Sequence record: MK308676.1
Reading direction: 5' to 3' (one strand)
DNA: 64,000 nucleotides
In this document: positions 1 to 8,871 of the stretch, one piece after another
Layout of the letters: each line of letters opens with the position of its first letter
Position numbering within the stretch: position 1 is the first letter of the stretch
Notes under the pieces: generated by a model
What the model was told of the DNA's origin: nothing
Seen by the model: only the letters and a program-made list of their open reading frames with translations
Databases searched by the model: none
Program-made: the position numbers and the translations under genes

Positions 1-223
1 TTTCAATCCATCGAAACATCCATTTACCTTCTCGAAACTCACACTGCATATTGTGGTATATGTCCCATACCTGCACGACTGTGCAGTCTTTCAAGAAACG
101 TTCCATCCGAGGATATTGTTGAGCGTTTGTCGCAGCCTTCTTAGCCTCCGCTTTATGGACGTCGCGTGAGGTAATCGTCTTCCCTGCACACTTATCTTTA
201 CTGCGGATAGTTCGTATACGCAT
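1..223 (-). CDS. Hypothetical protein, runs off the window edge (MRIRTIRSKDKCAGK..., at least 74 aa)
   Basis: ATG at 223 preceded by AAGGA; frame open to position 1; not in the ORF track. Confidence 0.7.
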   Translation of the reverse strand, partial: MRIRTIRSKDKCAGKTITSRDVHKAEAKKAATNAQQYPRMERFLKDCTVVQVWDIYHNMQCEFREGKWMFRWIE

Positions 224-235
224 AAGGGTTTTCCT

Positions 236-268
236 TAAAAGAAAAGACCAGAGGGGTTTCCTCCGGCC
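236..268 (-). terminator. Intrinsic terminator
   Basis: Minus-strand GC-rich stem-loop around GGAAAC followed by TCTTTTCTTTT, just after the stop of 278..889. Confidence 0.6.
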
Positions 269-277
269 TGTTTGGGT

Positions 278-889
278 CTATAGTACGTAAAGGTTAGATA
301 GGTCGGAGTTCGCACGTAGGCAAATGTGCTCTTTCCCGTCTTCTTTTACGTAGACTACGATATTGCAGAGTTGCTCTTCGGTTACGTTCAGTGCCAAAGA
401 TGTTTCAGTACTGTCGTATAGAATAACTCCATGTTTGGTAGGTACCAAATTGTCATAGGGCGTCTCAATAAAAGGAGTATCCCATAGCTTAGAGAAAGCC
501 ATTATGAGCTCATCCTGAAGAGACGCTACGACGTGGCCAAAACCACGGTCGTGAATGTTGTGCGACATGTAAAGGACAGACTTCCCTTCCTTTACGTGAG
601 CGCGGAACTTAAACTTAAGCGGCCATAGGTTCTTGTTCTGCAAGAGGTTCTGCATAGCAATTTCCAGATGAGTAGCCACATAAGGCAAGCTCAGTACTTT
701 ACGGTCTATTTCAAAAAGGACCGTTGAAGACTCACTGACCTTATCCTTAGCCGCATGAATGATTTGCTTCGCCGTTACGTCATGCCTTAAGATGTTACGG
801 GTTGCTTCATCGACGTATGTGAGCTTATCGCTAAGGTTCACAGTGGACGTCTGACAGTAAGGTTGCTTTTTACTTAGCATTATCTTCAT
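278..889 (-). CDS. Hypothetical protein (203 aa)
   Basis: Long ORF in a tightly packed minus-strand cluster. Confidence 0.75.
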   Translation of the reverse strand: MKIMLSKKQPYCQTSTVNLSDKLTYVDEATRNILRHDVTAKQIIHAAKDKVSESSTVLFEIDRKVLSLPYVATHLEIAMQNLLQNKNLWPLKFKFRAHVKEGKSVLYMSHNIHDRGFGHVVASLQDELIMAFSKLWDTPFIETPYDNLVPTKHGVILYDSTETSLALNVTEEQLCNIVVYVKEDGKEHICLRANSDLSNLYVL

Positions 890-1079
890 TCTCCATTACG
901 TTAGAGATGCGCGTGAAGCTATCTGCGGTTAGACCTGCCTGTATCACTACAGAGTAAAGAGAAGGGCGCGGCGACATAACAGGCATGTTGCCTGAGTTCG
1001 CCATGTTTTCCCATGTTGCTAGTTCGCCCTTGTAGAAGTTAAGGGCGGACTGTTCTTTAGTCGTTAATGTTTGTTGCAT
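870..1079 (-). CDS. Hypothetical protein (69 aa)
   Basis: GGAAG SD; short overlaps with both neighbours. Confidence 0.7.
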   Translation of the reverse strand: MQQTLTTKEQSALNFYKGELATWENMANSGNMPVMSPRPSLYSVVIQAGLTADSFTRISNVMENEDNAK

Positions 1080-1377
1080 CTTCCAAGCTCTTCCTTAGAT
1101 ATTGTCCCACCAGGGAATCATTGTCTTTGCGGATTCTGGCACGTCTTTCCTCTTCCTCTTTTATTTCAGCTTGAGGAAGTTTTACTTTAATGTGCCAGTA
1201 ATAAACCGGCCACACCAGGAAGGCATCGATAAAACCGATTACCCAAAAGATGCCGCCGCCTGTTACATGCGTTAGGCCTGAGAATAAACAGATAAGGCCT
1301 AACACAGTATAGATGAAGAGGAAGACCAGCATGTACTGGTCTAACAACTCTATCTCTTTTTCTATTCTCTTGGGCAT
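1057..1377 (-). CDS. Small membrane protein (2 predicted TM segments)
   Basis: Two hydrophobic stretches (MLVFLFIYTVLGLICLFSGL; GGIFWVIGFIDAFLVWPVYYW); GGAG SD. Confidence 0.75.
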   Translation of the reverse strand: MPKRIEKEIELLDQYMLVFLFIYTVLGLICLFSGLTHVTGGGIFWVIGFIDAFLVWPVYYWHIKVKLPQAEIKEEEERRARIRKDNDSLVGQYLRKSLEDATNIND

Positions 1378-1682
1378 AAACCGATTAGCTCCAAACCGAG
1401 TTGCTTACAGATGAAAGCACCGCGTTCCCTAATCTGCACACAGGCGTAGGAACACTGCATTCTGGCTTCTTCCGGCGTATCCGCTATCTCTTCTAAAGCT
1501 AGCTTATGGACATAACTCTCGTACCACACCTTACCACGCAAAGCAGCAGTAGTCGTATCGCGTCGGTCAACTTCTTCTTCCCAGAACACGTACGGTACCG
1601 CTACTTGCAAATAAGTAAGCACTAGAGAGACCAGAATAATTATCCAACCGAGGTCAGGATTATTTAGAAAAGAATCTATCAT
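1362..1682 (-). CDS. Small membrane protein (start reassigned to MIDSFLNN...)
   Basis: ATG 1682 has an AGAGGAC SD; the track start lies inside the upstream gene; one TM segment. Confidence 0.65.
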   Translation of the reverse strand: MIDSFLNNPDLGWIIILVSLVLTYLQVAVPYVFWEEEVDRRDTTTAALRGKVWYESYVHKLALEEIADTPEEARMQCSYACVQIRERGAFICKQLGLELIGLCPRE

Positions 1683-2472
1683 ACTCTTTGTCCTCTTTCT
1701 GCTTGTGTGCCAAGTTATCGAGCCAGAATAGCTCATGTTGAAGTTCACGGGTACCGCGTAGCCAGTGAATGCGCTCTAGGCCGTCATTGAACATTAGTCG
1801 GTCGACATCGATAAAGTAAGTAGTGCGGTCAGCATCTAAGACTTCATCGCCTACAGGCTCACGTGTCTCTTCCGTTACCACACAGTTACCAAAGACATCG
1901 CGCAACATAATTGCCACACTGCCTTGCAGGATATGAGCAGACTTAATGTTGTTCTGCTCATCGCGCTGTACGTGGAAACCACGGTGGTCATTCACGCGTA
2001 CTTTACCGCGAGGTTTCAGAGGACCACGTTCCAACGGGTTCGTGTAGTCTAAGAAAGGCGGAGTATCTTTACCTTTCTCGATAGTCCCTTTAACTTCAGC
2101 TAAGAAGTCTTCGTAGTCGGCCATGAAGTTAGCACCGCTTTCTTCCATCATGGATAGGATGAAGCGAGCGTCAACAACTATATTTACGTGGGCGCCGTCG
2201 CAGTTACAATCCTTAGCTTCCAGAGCAGAGTTAGTAATAGCCACGTTACGACTACGCAGAATATTGCGACCTGATGCCTTGACGTGGTTGTCGATTTCCG
2301 CCTTAGCTTCCTCTAGCTCTTCCAGGAGCTGACATAAGCCTCCCCATTCACGCTCGGCTGCTAGTTCTTCAGCTCGGGAGTCTAGTTGACCGCTCAACCA
2401 AACATTGCTTTTACCGTTTAGATGACGGATACGGTCTTTTGTTTTAGCGATAAGTGCATTTAACTTTTCCAT
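1660..2472 (-). CDS. Hypothetical protein (270 aa) with N-terminal coiled coil
   Basis: Long ORF with SD. Confidence 0.8.
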   Translation of the reverse strand: MEKLNALIAKTKDRIRHLNGKSNVWLSGQLDSRAEELAAEREWGGLCQLLEELEEAKAEIDNHVKASGRNILRSRNVAITNSALEAKDCNCDGAHVNIVVDARFILSMMEESGANFMADYEDFLAEVKGTIEKGKDTPPFLDYTNPLERGPLKPRGKVRVNDHRGFHVQRDEQNNIKSAHILQGSVAIMLRDVFGNCVVTEETREPVGDEVLDADRTTYFIDVDRLMFNDGLERIHWLRGTRELQHELFWLDNLAHKQKEDKEYDRFFSK

Positions 2473-2484
2473 GATGTACCTCTC

Positions 2485-3531
2485 TTACTTAGCTACTTTA
2501 AAGTTACCACGACGAACTTCCATGTACTTGCGTTGTTCGTCATTAGGTTCACAGAACCCAGTTAAAGGATAGTCGGCCTCATAGCGAGTAGATGAGTGGC
2601 CGCCATGTAAACGTTCAAAGCCCATACATTCCAAATGGTCCGAAATGAGCGTTTGGAAACCATGCCAATACACAAGCTTATTCTTATAAGTGTGTAAGGC
2701 ACCGTTCTCTACAGCTTCAACGAAATCGCGGCGTAGTTTAACACGTGAACGCCAACGACTGTAGAAGTCTAATTCCAGACGACGTTTATCCGTTGGGCTC
2801 ATGGTAGCTTCTTTTAGTAAGTCTGAGAAGCGACGCTCCAAACGGATGTACGTATCTAAGTCAGGATTCTCGAAGTGTTCAGTGGAGTGAGAGTGCACTG
2901 CAAGACCTAAAGGAATTGTAAGTGGTCGTCCCCAACCGCGACAAATCTCTACTGGTTTTGCAGTAGCTACATATTCGCGTAAGCGCTCAACGATAGCACG
3001 CTTAGCCAGTTTGTAGTCGTGGCGAGCGATAGGAATTGAAATGCGTTCCCATTCGCCGTTCTCTAGAACAACCATACCTGCCCCTGTTTCTTTCTGGAAG
3101 ATGGAAACAGTATGGTTTTCTTCGTAACAGCCTTCGCCGTCATAGAACGTGTTGTCATGAATGGCAAAAGCTAGGTCATGGCCTTTCAAGTAGTCGTCTA
3201 ATCCGACAGCAGTTCGTGCAATTGGCGTGAACTCTTTCCCGGCTTGGAAGTCTAGCCATTGTTTCTCAGCTACACCTTCAAACTTAAAGTAGTACATTCC
3301 CAAAGGACGAATATGGCCAGGATTAACTTTAATGGTGCGACCGCCGTGTAGCTCCATACGTAGAAGAGTACGGTTCTCTAGGTTAGCGCTCCATTCACCG
3401 AACACTAACAGACTATCGATTTTAAACGTGCCTTCCTGCCAAATCTGAAGGTAGACGGTAACATTGGTTTGAGAAAGGAAGCGCAGGACTTCCGGTACGC
3501 TTTGCTCATCGAGCATAATAGAAGTTGACAT
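2485..3531 (-). CDS. Hypothetical protein (348 aa)
   Basis: Long ORF, GAGG SD. Confidence 0.8.
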   Translation of the reverse strand: MSTSIMLDEQSVPEVLRFLSQTNVTVYLQIWQEGTFKIDSLLVFGEWSANLENRTLLRMELHGGRTIKVNPGHIRPLGMYYFKFEGVAEKQWLDFQAGKEFTPIARTAVGLDDYLKGHDLAFAIHDNTFYDGEGCYEENHTVSIFQKETGAGMVVLENGEWERISIPIARHDYKLAKRAIVERLREYVATAKPVEICRGWGRPLTIPLGLAVHSHSTEHFENPDLDTYIRLERRFSDLLKEATMSPTDKRRLELDFYSRWRSRVKLRRDFVEAVENGALHTYKNKLVYWHGFQTLISDHLECMGFERLHGGHSSTRYEADYPLTGFCEPNDEQRKYMEVRRGNFKVAK

Positions 3532-3542
3532 AGTGACCTCTT

Positions 3543-4013
3543 TTATTTAAGGAATGTTTGAAGCGACTTGGCGATGATGTTGATTTCGTCCATGTCTAAA
3601 GGTACCTTCCAAGACTCACAGATAGGCTCAAGGTTATTGTAGATGATTGCGGCTTCACCCTCAAGGTCTTGGTAGACAAAGTCATGAGCGTGGCCGTACT
3701 TATCGTCTTCATCCCAACGCTTTTCCCACGATGCTCCGTCTTCATCTAGGCCGTAGATATCGAAACGGTTATTATCCAGATAGACAACCACATGAGAAAG
3801 AACCTTCTCGAAAAGTTCTCCGTCTTCGTCTTTCTCTTCACGGTAGATGATGGAAATGGATGCATCGTGTCGCTCGTTTAGAGCACAAAGTCTAACCAGT
3901 GCCATTGCAAACTCGGCACAGTGACCTGAAGAGAAATGTTCTTCTAGGTCCGAATCTTCACCTGCTTTATAGTCGCAGATACAAGCATTTAGACGTTCAC
4001 TGAAAGTAGCCAT
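3543..4013 (-). CDS. Hypothetical protein, possible Cys-His-Asp (papain/transglutaminase-like) fold
   Basis: GHCAEFAMAL...SHVVV...FDIYG ordering; function is inference. Confidence 0.5.
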   Translation of the reverse strand: MATFSERLNACICDYKAGEDSDLEEHFSSGHCAEFAMALVRLCALNERHDASISIIYREEKDEDGELFEKVLSHVVVYLDNNRFDIYGLDEDGASWEKRWDEDDKYGHAHDFVYQDLEGEAAIIYNNLEPICESWKVPLDMDEINIIAKSLQTFLK

Positions 4014-4014
4014 A

Positions 4015-4464
4015 TTAACCTCGGTCTTCCACTTCTAGACTACGATAAAGAATTTCACGACCACAGCCTTCATTGTCAGAGTTCTCTCCGGATAGCAGAA
4101 AGCCCGATTCATTGAAGACTTTAATCTCCTGATGCCAGTCTGGTTTTGTATCCTTTACAAGAATTGACTTGGTGATATTCTCTTTGGCGTCGATGAGGAG
4201 TTCTCGGTACATGTCGCCATCGCTCGCTAATGCGAAAGTGATGCGAGTTTCCTCGGTAGACGTTTCCCAGTTAATCTGGATTACTTTAGACATTAGTGTC
4301 TGGTTCTTAAGGCGACCTACGTTGTAAGTGGCGCCTAAGAATTCTTCCATCGTTGCTGAACCCAGGACACTCTCGACCAACAGTAGGTCGTATTGGTCAA
4401 ACCCAATGAGGTTAGCGAAAGCGTAGATTGCAGATGATGGTACTTTTGAAGTTGGAGTTAACAT
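4015..4464 (-). CDS. Hypothetical protein (149 aa)
   Basis: AAGGA SD; 1-nt gap to the next gene. Confidence 0.75.
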   Translation of the reverse strand: MLTPTSKVPSSAIYAFANLIGFDQYDLLLVESVLGSATMEEFLGATYNVGRLKNQTLMSKVIQINWETSTEETRITFALASDGDMYRELLIDAKENITKSILVKDTKPDWHQEIKVFNESGFLLSGENSDNEGCGREILYRSLEVEDRG

Positions 4465-4626
4465 CGGTTATTTCCTTTTAAGTTAAAATGGTTAAGCATC
4501 GGCTTAACAGAGAAAAGGGAGGTACTAGCGATATGCGTTCCCTCCCGATTTTATTTAAATGGCTCTTACTAATACTATGCTAGGAACTAGTGGCCTAACC
4601 GTGTTTACGGCAGACCACTAACTTCT

Positions 4627-4833
4627 TTATAGTCTGTTTAACCAGTACCACAATAGGAGATAACCTACTGTGGGCAGGATAACGCCAGAACTAATGGCAG
4701 CTACGCCGACCGACTTTGCAAAGAAGCCGGAAAGCTGGATAATCTCGAAGCCGTGGATGACCTGAGTTAATCCTTTATATAGCCACCAAAAGAACTGGAC
4801 AAACAGAGTTAAAGATTTACCGAGCATACGCAT
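4627..4833 (-). CDS. Small early membrane protein (68 aa; start reassigned to MRMLGKS)
   Basis: GAGGAG SD 7 nt before ATG 4833; hydrophobic segments; first gene after the early promoter. Confidence 0.7.
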   Translation of the reverse strand: MRMLGKSLTLFVQFFWWLYKGLTQVIHGFEIIQLSGFFAKSVGVAAISSGVILPTVGYLLLWYWLNRL

Positions 4834-4923
4834 CAGAAATCTCCTCATCAGGAGTAAGCCCTCGCCCTAAGGACGCTCGAACGTCCTTAGGGCATTCTGC
4901 TTTTTATCTAAAGCATCGGTATG

Positions 4924-4935
4924 GTAATATAGGTT
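4924..4935 (-). promoter_or_regulatory. phiKZ-type early promoter (AACCTATATTAC)
   Basis: Exact TATATTAC, the published phiKZ early consensus; intergenic; upstream of the minus-strand cluster. Confidence 0.75.
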
Positions 4936-4947
4936 TTATTTTTAACT

Positions 4948-4957
4948 GAATCTTATG
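4948..4957 (+). promoter_or_regulatory. Putative late/middle promoter (GAATCTTATG)
   Basis: AATCT-NN-TA[G]/TATG motif recurs upstream of 10 transcription units; TATG matches the phiKZ late consensus. Confidence 0.6.
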
Positions 4958-4986
4958 ACTTGTTAACCATTACAGGAAATATAACA

Positions 4987-5715
4987 ATGCAAAACGGTTT
5001 CAAACATCGCTCAATGGCGTACTGGCGTCAGGTGAGTAAGGGATTAAGTGCAGGCGCTCTAGTTGGTGCCGATGCTAATGACCTGCCAGGTGGCGCAGTG
5101 CATCCAATCGATGAATTAATGCGACCGCTTACAGGTAACGTGGAAATTGCAGGTTGGAAGATGGAAGGCACCGAGCCTCAAGAGAATACGCTATCGTACT
5201 CTCTGGCTACAGCTAACACCATCGAAGATTCGCTAGCAAACATCGACATCGAGTTCGACCCAGCTGAATTCGTACCAGGTCAGTTACTACGCTGGCGCAT
5301 GGGTTTCTCCATCGAACCGGACGACCTTAAGCGCGTTACGACATCGCATCTAGTGTGGGGACTAGGGCAGACCAACAGTAAGGCCGATGGTGGCTGGACT
5401 ATCGTATGTGAAAACGAGGTCTTAGACTGTGTAGTGGATGTCATCTTTGAGATGCGCACCGACGGCGCGGATAACTACAGTTTCCGTGTCTTCGACTACA
5501 GCATCCAGGCAGGTGCCTTCAACGGTAAGCTACCTGAAATTGAATTCAACGTTCGCGGCGGTGGTCTGCGCGACCTTGACTCTAAGGCAAACCTTACTAT
5601 GGGCCTTAATGTCGAAGCCCCGGAGACTGGCGCCCTAAACGTTAAGTTTACCCAACACTTCATCGAACTGGATACAGTCGAGAAGATGCAAGAAGCAGCA
5701 CTAGCTCTTCTTTAA
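4987..5715 (+). CDS. Putative virion protein, beta-rich C-terminal domain
   Basis: Monocistronic unit with late-type motif and terminator; N-terminal RSMAYWR shared with 15963; start at ATG 4987 (AGGA SD). Confidence 0.6.
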   Translation: MQNGFKHRSMAYWRQVSKGLSAGALVGADANDLPGGAVHPIDELMRPLTGNVEIAGWKMEGTEPQENTLSYSLATANTIEDSLANIDIEFDPAEFVPGQLLRWRMGFSIEPDDLKRVTTSHLVWGLGQTNSKADGGWTIVCENEVLDCVVDVIFEMRTDGADNYSFRVFDYSIQAGAFNGKLPEIEFNVRGGGLRDLDSKANLTMGLNVEAPETGALNVKFTQHFIELDTVEKMQEAALALL

Positions 5716-5717
5716 AA

Positions 5718-5756
5718 GACTCCCTCTCTATCTTCGGATAGGGAGGGGTCCTTTTT
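5718..5756 (+). terminator. Intrinsic terminator
   Basis: GACTCCCTCTCTATC-TTCG-GATAGGGAGGGGTC followed by a T run. Confidence 0.8.
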
Positions 5757-5797
5757 AACCGCCTATTGAAATCTCATAGCTAAATAGGAGAACCATT

Positions 5798-6280
5798 GTG
5801 GATTTAAAAAACTTAAAAGACCTCAAGAACATTCAGGAGGTCCCCTGGAAAGGAGACGGGCGTTCCCGCTTCTTCCGCAAGATACCATGTGTGATGTTGA
5901 ATCGCCATTCGTGGGTTTTTGATACCAAGAAGCTAGACTCCAACCAGAAAGCCTTTACGTACACTTACTGTCAGCACTGCGGCATTCCGCATATCGTCTT
6001 TTCTAAGAAGTTGCAGAACGTTGCACTGCCTGCGACACAATGTCACATTACAGCCATCGAACCCAAGACAGGTTATGCTTTTAATCTTAAAGTGCTAGAT
6101 GTAAACTATGATACTGGAGTAGGTTTGGTTAAGGTGTGGCGCGGTAACGCTTATTCTAAAGAGCGCTTTATCCAGCTCTACAATCTAAGAGACTGGAGCT
6201 ACGTACACGACGATTTCCTAAACTTGCGTAATTGGGAAATCGAAAGAGAAATCGAACTACTGAGGGAACGCAACGCATGA
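5798..6280 (+). CDS. Hypothetical protein with possible Zn site (C..H...CQHC)
   Basis: GTG start with AGGAG SD; AAATCTCATAG motif at 5769. Confidence 0.75.
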   Translation: MDLKNLKDLKNIQEVPWKGDGRSRFFRKIPCVMLNRHSWVFDTKKLDSNQKAFTYTYCQHCGIPHIVFSKKLQNVALPATQCHITAIEPKTGYAFNLKVLDVNYDTGVGLVKVWRGNAYSKERFIQLYNLRDWSYVHDDFLNLRNWEIEREIELLRERNA

Positions 6281-6951
6281 TTCAAGTAGACTTCTGTAAA
6301 CTGCTAGACTCACGAGAGCTAGGTCGCTTCACGGACGCCGAAGGTCTTTTCGACCATTTTAACAAGGCCTCCGACGAACGTAAAAAGATTCTGACTTTCC
6401 TTAAAAGCATTGAGACGGCCGAACGATACTCGCTGGAGAAGGTTCACTTTAACGATGCCTTGTTGTTCCTTGGTTCTGTTGAGGAGACGGAAAAGGTGGA
6501 CCTGGCTTGGCTTAAGGTACATCGCCCGATTCTTGAAACGGGTAGTAACTTTAAGGTACTCATCGTGCGCGTTAAAGGTGAGACAGTATGGTCCGTGTAC
6601 GGACTCGACGTACCTACTTTTGACGGGTACCTTAGAAAAAGCCGCACGGGGCTAGACGCGGATAAGTTTATGTCTGCGGTAGACCTATTAAGAATAGCCG
6701 ATGAAGACCGAGCATGTCTAGAACTTCGCGACTATTACGAAAACACTTCCAGTAAAGACATCGGTGACGATATCGTCTTTACTACGGAAAGAGACATCGT
6801 AAAAACTCTAAAAATCTGGTATCGCTCAGATGCCATTCTCACGGTAAGCCCTGCCACGCTTAAATGGATTACGGACGCTATTGACTTTATGCTCAAGGTT
6901 CCGCAACGCCAGCCTATTGGCGATGATAACTTAATGGAGCGTCTAAAATGA
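6277..6951 (+). CDS. Hypothetical protein (start MIQVDFCK)
   Basis: ATGA overlap with the upstream stop. Confidence 0.75.
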   Translation: MIQVDFCKLLDSRELGRFTDAEGLFDHFNKASDERKKILTFLKSIETAERYSLEKVHFNDALLFLGSVEETEKVDLAWLKVHRPILETGSNFKVLIVRVKGETVWSVYGLDVPTFDGYLRKSRTGLDADKFMSAVDLLRIADEDRACLELRDYYENTSSKDIGDDIVFTTERDIVKTLKIWYRSDAILTVSPATLKWITDAIDFMLKVPQRQPIGDDNLMERLK

Positions 6952-7478
6952 AAATAGTTAAAGCAGGACAGTATGTTCTTTCGGACGGTAAGACCGTAAA
7001 AGACGAGGTTTACATTCGCTTCGAAACCGGCGAAGGCGAACAGGTGGAGTTTACGCCAAGGGCAATGGCCCCAATCTTAGCTGCCGCTATTGGCCAGGGC
7101 ATCGCTGCCGACGTCAAGTTCTTCAAGCCCTATCTGAAACGCCTAATAAAGAACATTCGAGCGAACATGACTGAGCCAGACAGAATGTTCTCCGAATGCG
7201 AATATACGGACCTAGTAGGCATTCCGGACTTCAAATGTGAAGTAAAGGCAGTCATGGTTCAAGACAAGCTGAACATAAAGCTAGAGACTCTTACAGGTTG
7301 GGAGTCAGAGCAGACGGCACCGAATGTGGTTAATCTATACAACGATGATTTACTCTTCGACCCTGAGAACTTCGGCAACAAGAACAGCATTGTTGTGGGC
7401 GGCGACATCTTAGGTAGCGTGACTTACATCCTACATACTAAAAGGGAACAAGTATGCGACATCCAACCTCAAAAATAG
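6948..7478 (+). CDS. Hypothetical protein (176 aa)
   Basis: ATGA overlap, GGAG SD. Confidence 0.8.
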   Translation: MKIVKAGQYVLSDGKTVKDEVYIRFETGEGEQVEFTPRAMAPILAAAIGQGIAADVKFFKPYLKRLIKNIRANMTEPDRMFSECEYTDLVGIPDFKCEVKAVMVQDKLNIKLETLTGWESEQTAPNVVNLYNDDLLFDPENFGNKNSIVVGGDILGSVTYILHTKREQVCDIQPQK

Positions 7479-8236
7479 AAACCATAGACGAGCTAGTACA
7501 GGCTATCTATACTGCTACTCATGTTTTCTACGCGCCGTCGCTACCTGACGTCTATCGCGTCTCCAGTACGTATTCAGTAAACGGCGATACTATTACGATG
7601 ACTGGCTACCATTCCAATACTGGAGAGGCACACCAGTTAGTGTTTGAGTTAGGCCATCTGAAAGATTGGGAGTTCTTCGACGTGAAGGATTCTAAGATTT
7701 CTAACGGGATGTCCTGTGCTGACTCTAAGGCTCTTTTCCAACCTCTGAATACCGCCGACAGAAAAGAAGGACATTGGCCATGTCGCGTATTCGCAATTAC
7801 GTTATATCAGTTACTCAAACAAGGCTTTGACTTAGAAGGACACTTTGCTTTCCATCCGGTGCAACGCCGTATGTATGAGTTCCGATGTAAGGAGGAAGAA
7901 TACTTCTTCTACAATAAGGACTGCGTTCGCTGTAAGTCAGAGAAGAAGATTTGGCAGATGCGTCTAGCAGGAGCGTCCACAGAGTGGGCTACAATCGACC
8001 CATTGCTAAACTTCGATACATTTGTCATGGTAGACCGAGATGCCTTTAAGGAGGGCGCTGAGGTCGTTCTAGGGACATCGGTAGAATTCATGTCTCAGTT
8101 CCAACCGTGCCTGTCGGAAGGTAAAGGGCACATTGGCAACATGGGCATGGTAGATTTCTATGTAGCAACTGACTTGTTTGATGTTTTCAAAGTAGGTGAG
8201 GTTATACATGTCGACTCTGAAGGATTTATTTCTTAA
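7454..8236 (+). CDS. Hypothetical protein (260 aa)
   Basis: Long ORF, AGGGA SD. Confidence 0.8.
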   Translation: MRHPTSKIETIDELVQAIYTATHVFYAPSLPDVYRVSSTYSVNGDTITMTGYHSNTGEAHQLVFELGHLKDWEFFDVKDSKISNGMSCADSKALFQPLNTADRKEGHWPCRVFAITLYQLLKQGFDLEGHFAFHPVQRRMYEFRCKEEEYFFYNKDCVRCKSEKKIWQMRLAGASTEWATIDPLLNFDTFVMVDRDAFKEGAEVVLGTSVEFMSQFQPCLSEGKGHIGNMGMVDFYVATDLFDVFKVGEVIHVDSEGFIS

Positions 8237-8871
8237 GTGGGCTGGCATTGGTAGTAGGGAAACTCCTGAGTGGGTCTTCCCTCTTTTCATTGCCATTGGC
8301 TGGCATATGGCTAGCCTGAAATGTAAACTCTTTAGTGGAGGCGCTCCGGGGCCAGACACTGAGTTCGAACGTGGAACGATTCGTTTCATGCGCGATAATA
8401 ATGTTCGTAATCTTATGGAGATTTGGTTACCATGGCGTACCTTCGGGAAGCGTAAGGGAATCGACGGAAATCACTACAAGGTTCTAGATAAGCCCGACTA
8501 TGATTTCGCTCGGCATATTCTGAATGATTCCGGTGTTTGTGTAAACCCATGGTTCGTTAAGATGGGCCAAGCAATACAAAAGCTTTTTGCCAGGAATGTA
8601 TACCAAATCCTTACAGGAGACTGGTCTAAAGTGGACCTGGTCATTTACTATGCCAAAGAGAACAGAGAGAAGGGAACCGTTGGTGGCGAGAACTCGTATC
8701 GCAGTTTACCTAGCGCGCCATTTAGACATCCCGACTTATAACCTGGCTATCCGAGAAGACAGGGATAAGCTCTTTGACCTCATTGGGTTTAGGAGGGCAG
8801 ATTATGCCGAAGCCAATGAAGTTATCACTCAACTTGACAATGGCAGGGAGCCGTTTGCTGACGCAGCATGA
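8208..8871 (+). pseudogene. DprA/Smf-like (SLOG) protein split by a +1 frameshift near 8688
   Basis: SGGAPGPD, EIWLPW and KLFARNVYQIL...VDLVIY in one frame; the expected (GG)T..AV.LA...IP.YNL continues in the next frame. Confidence 0.65.
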
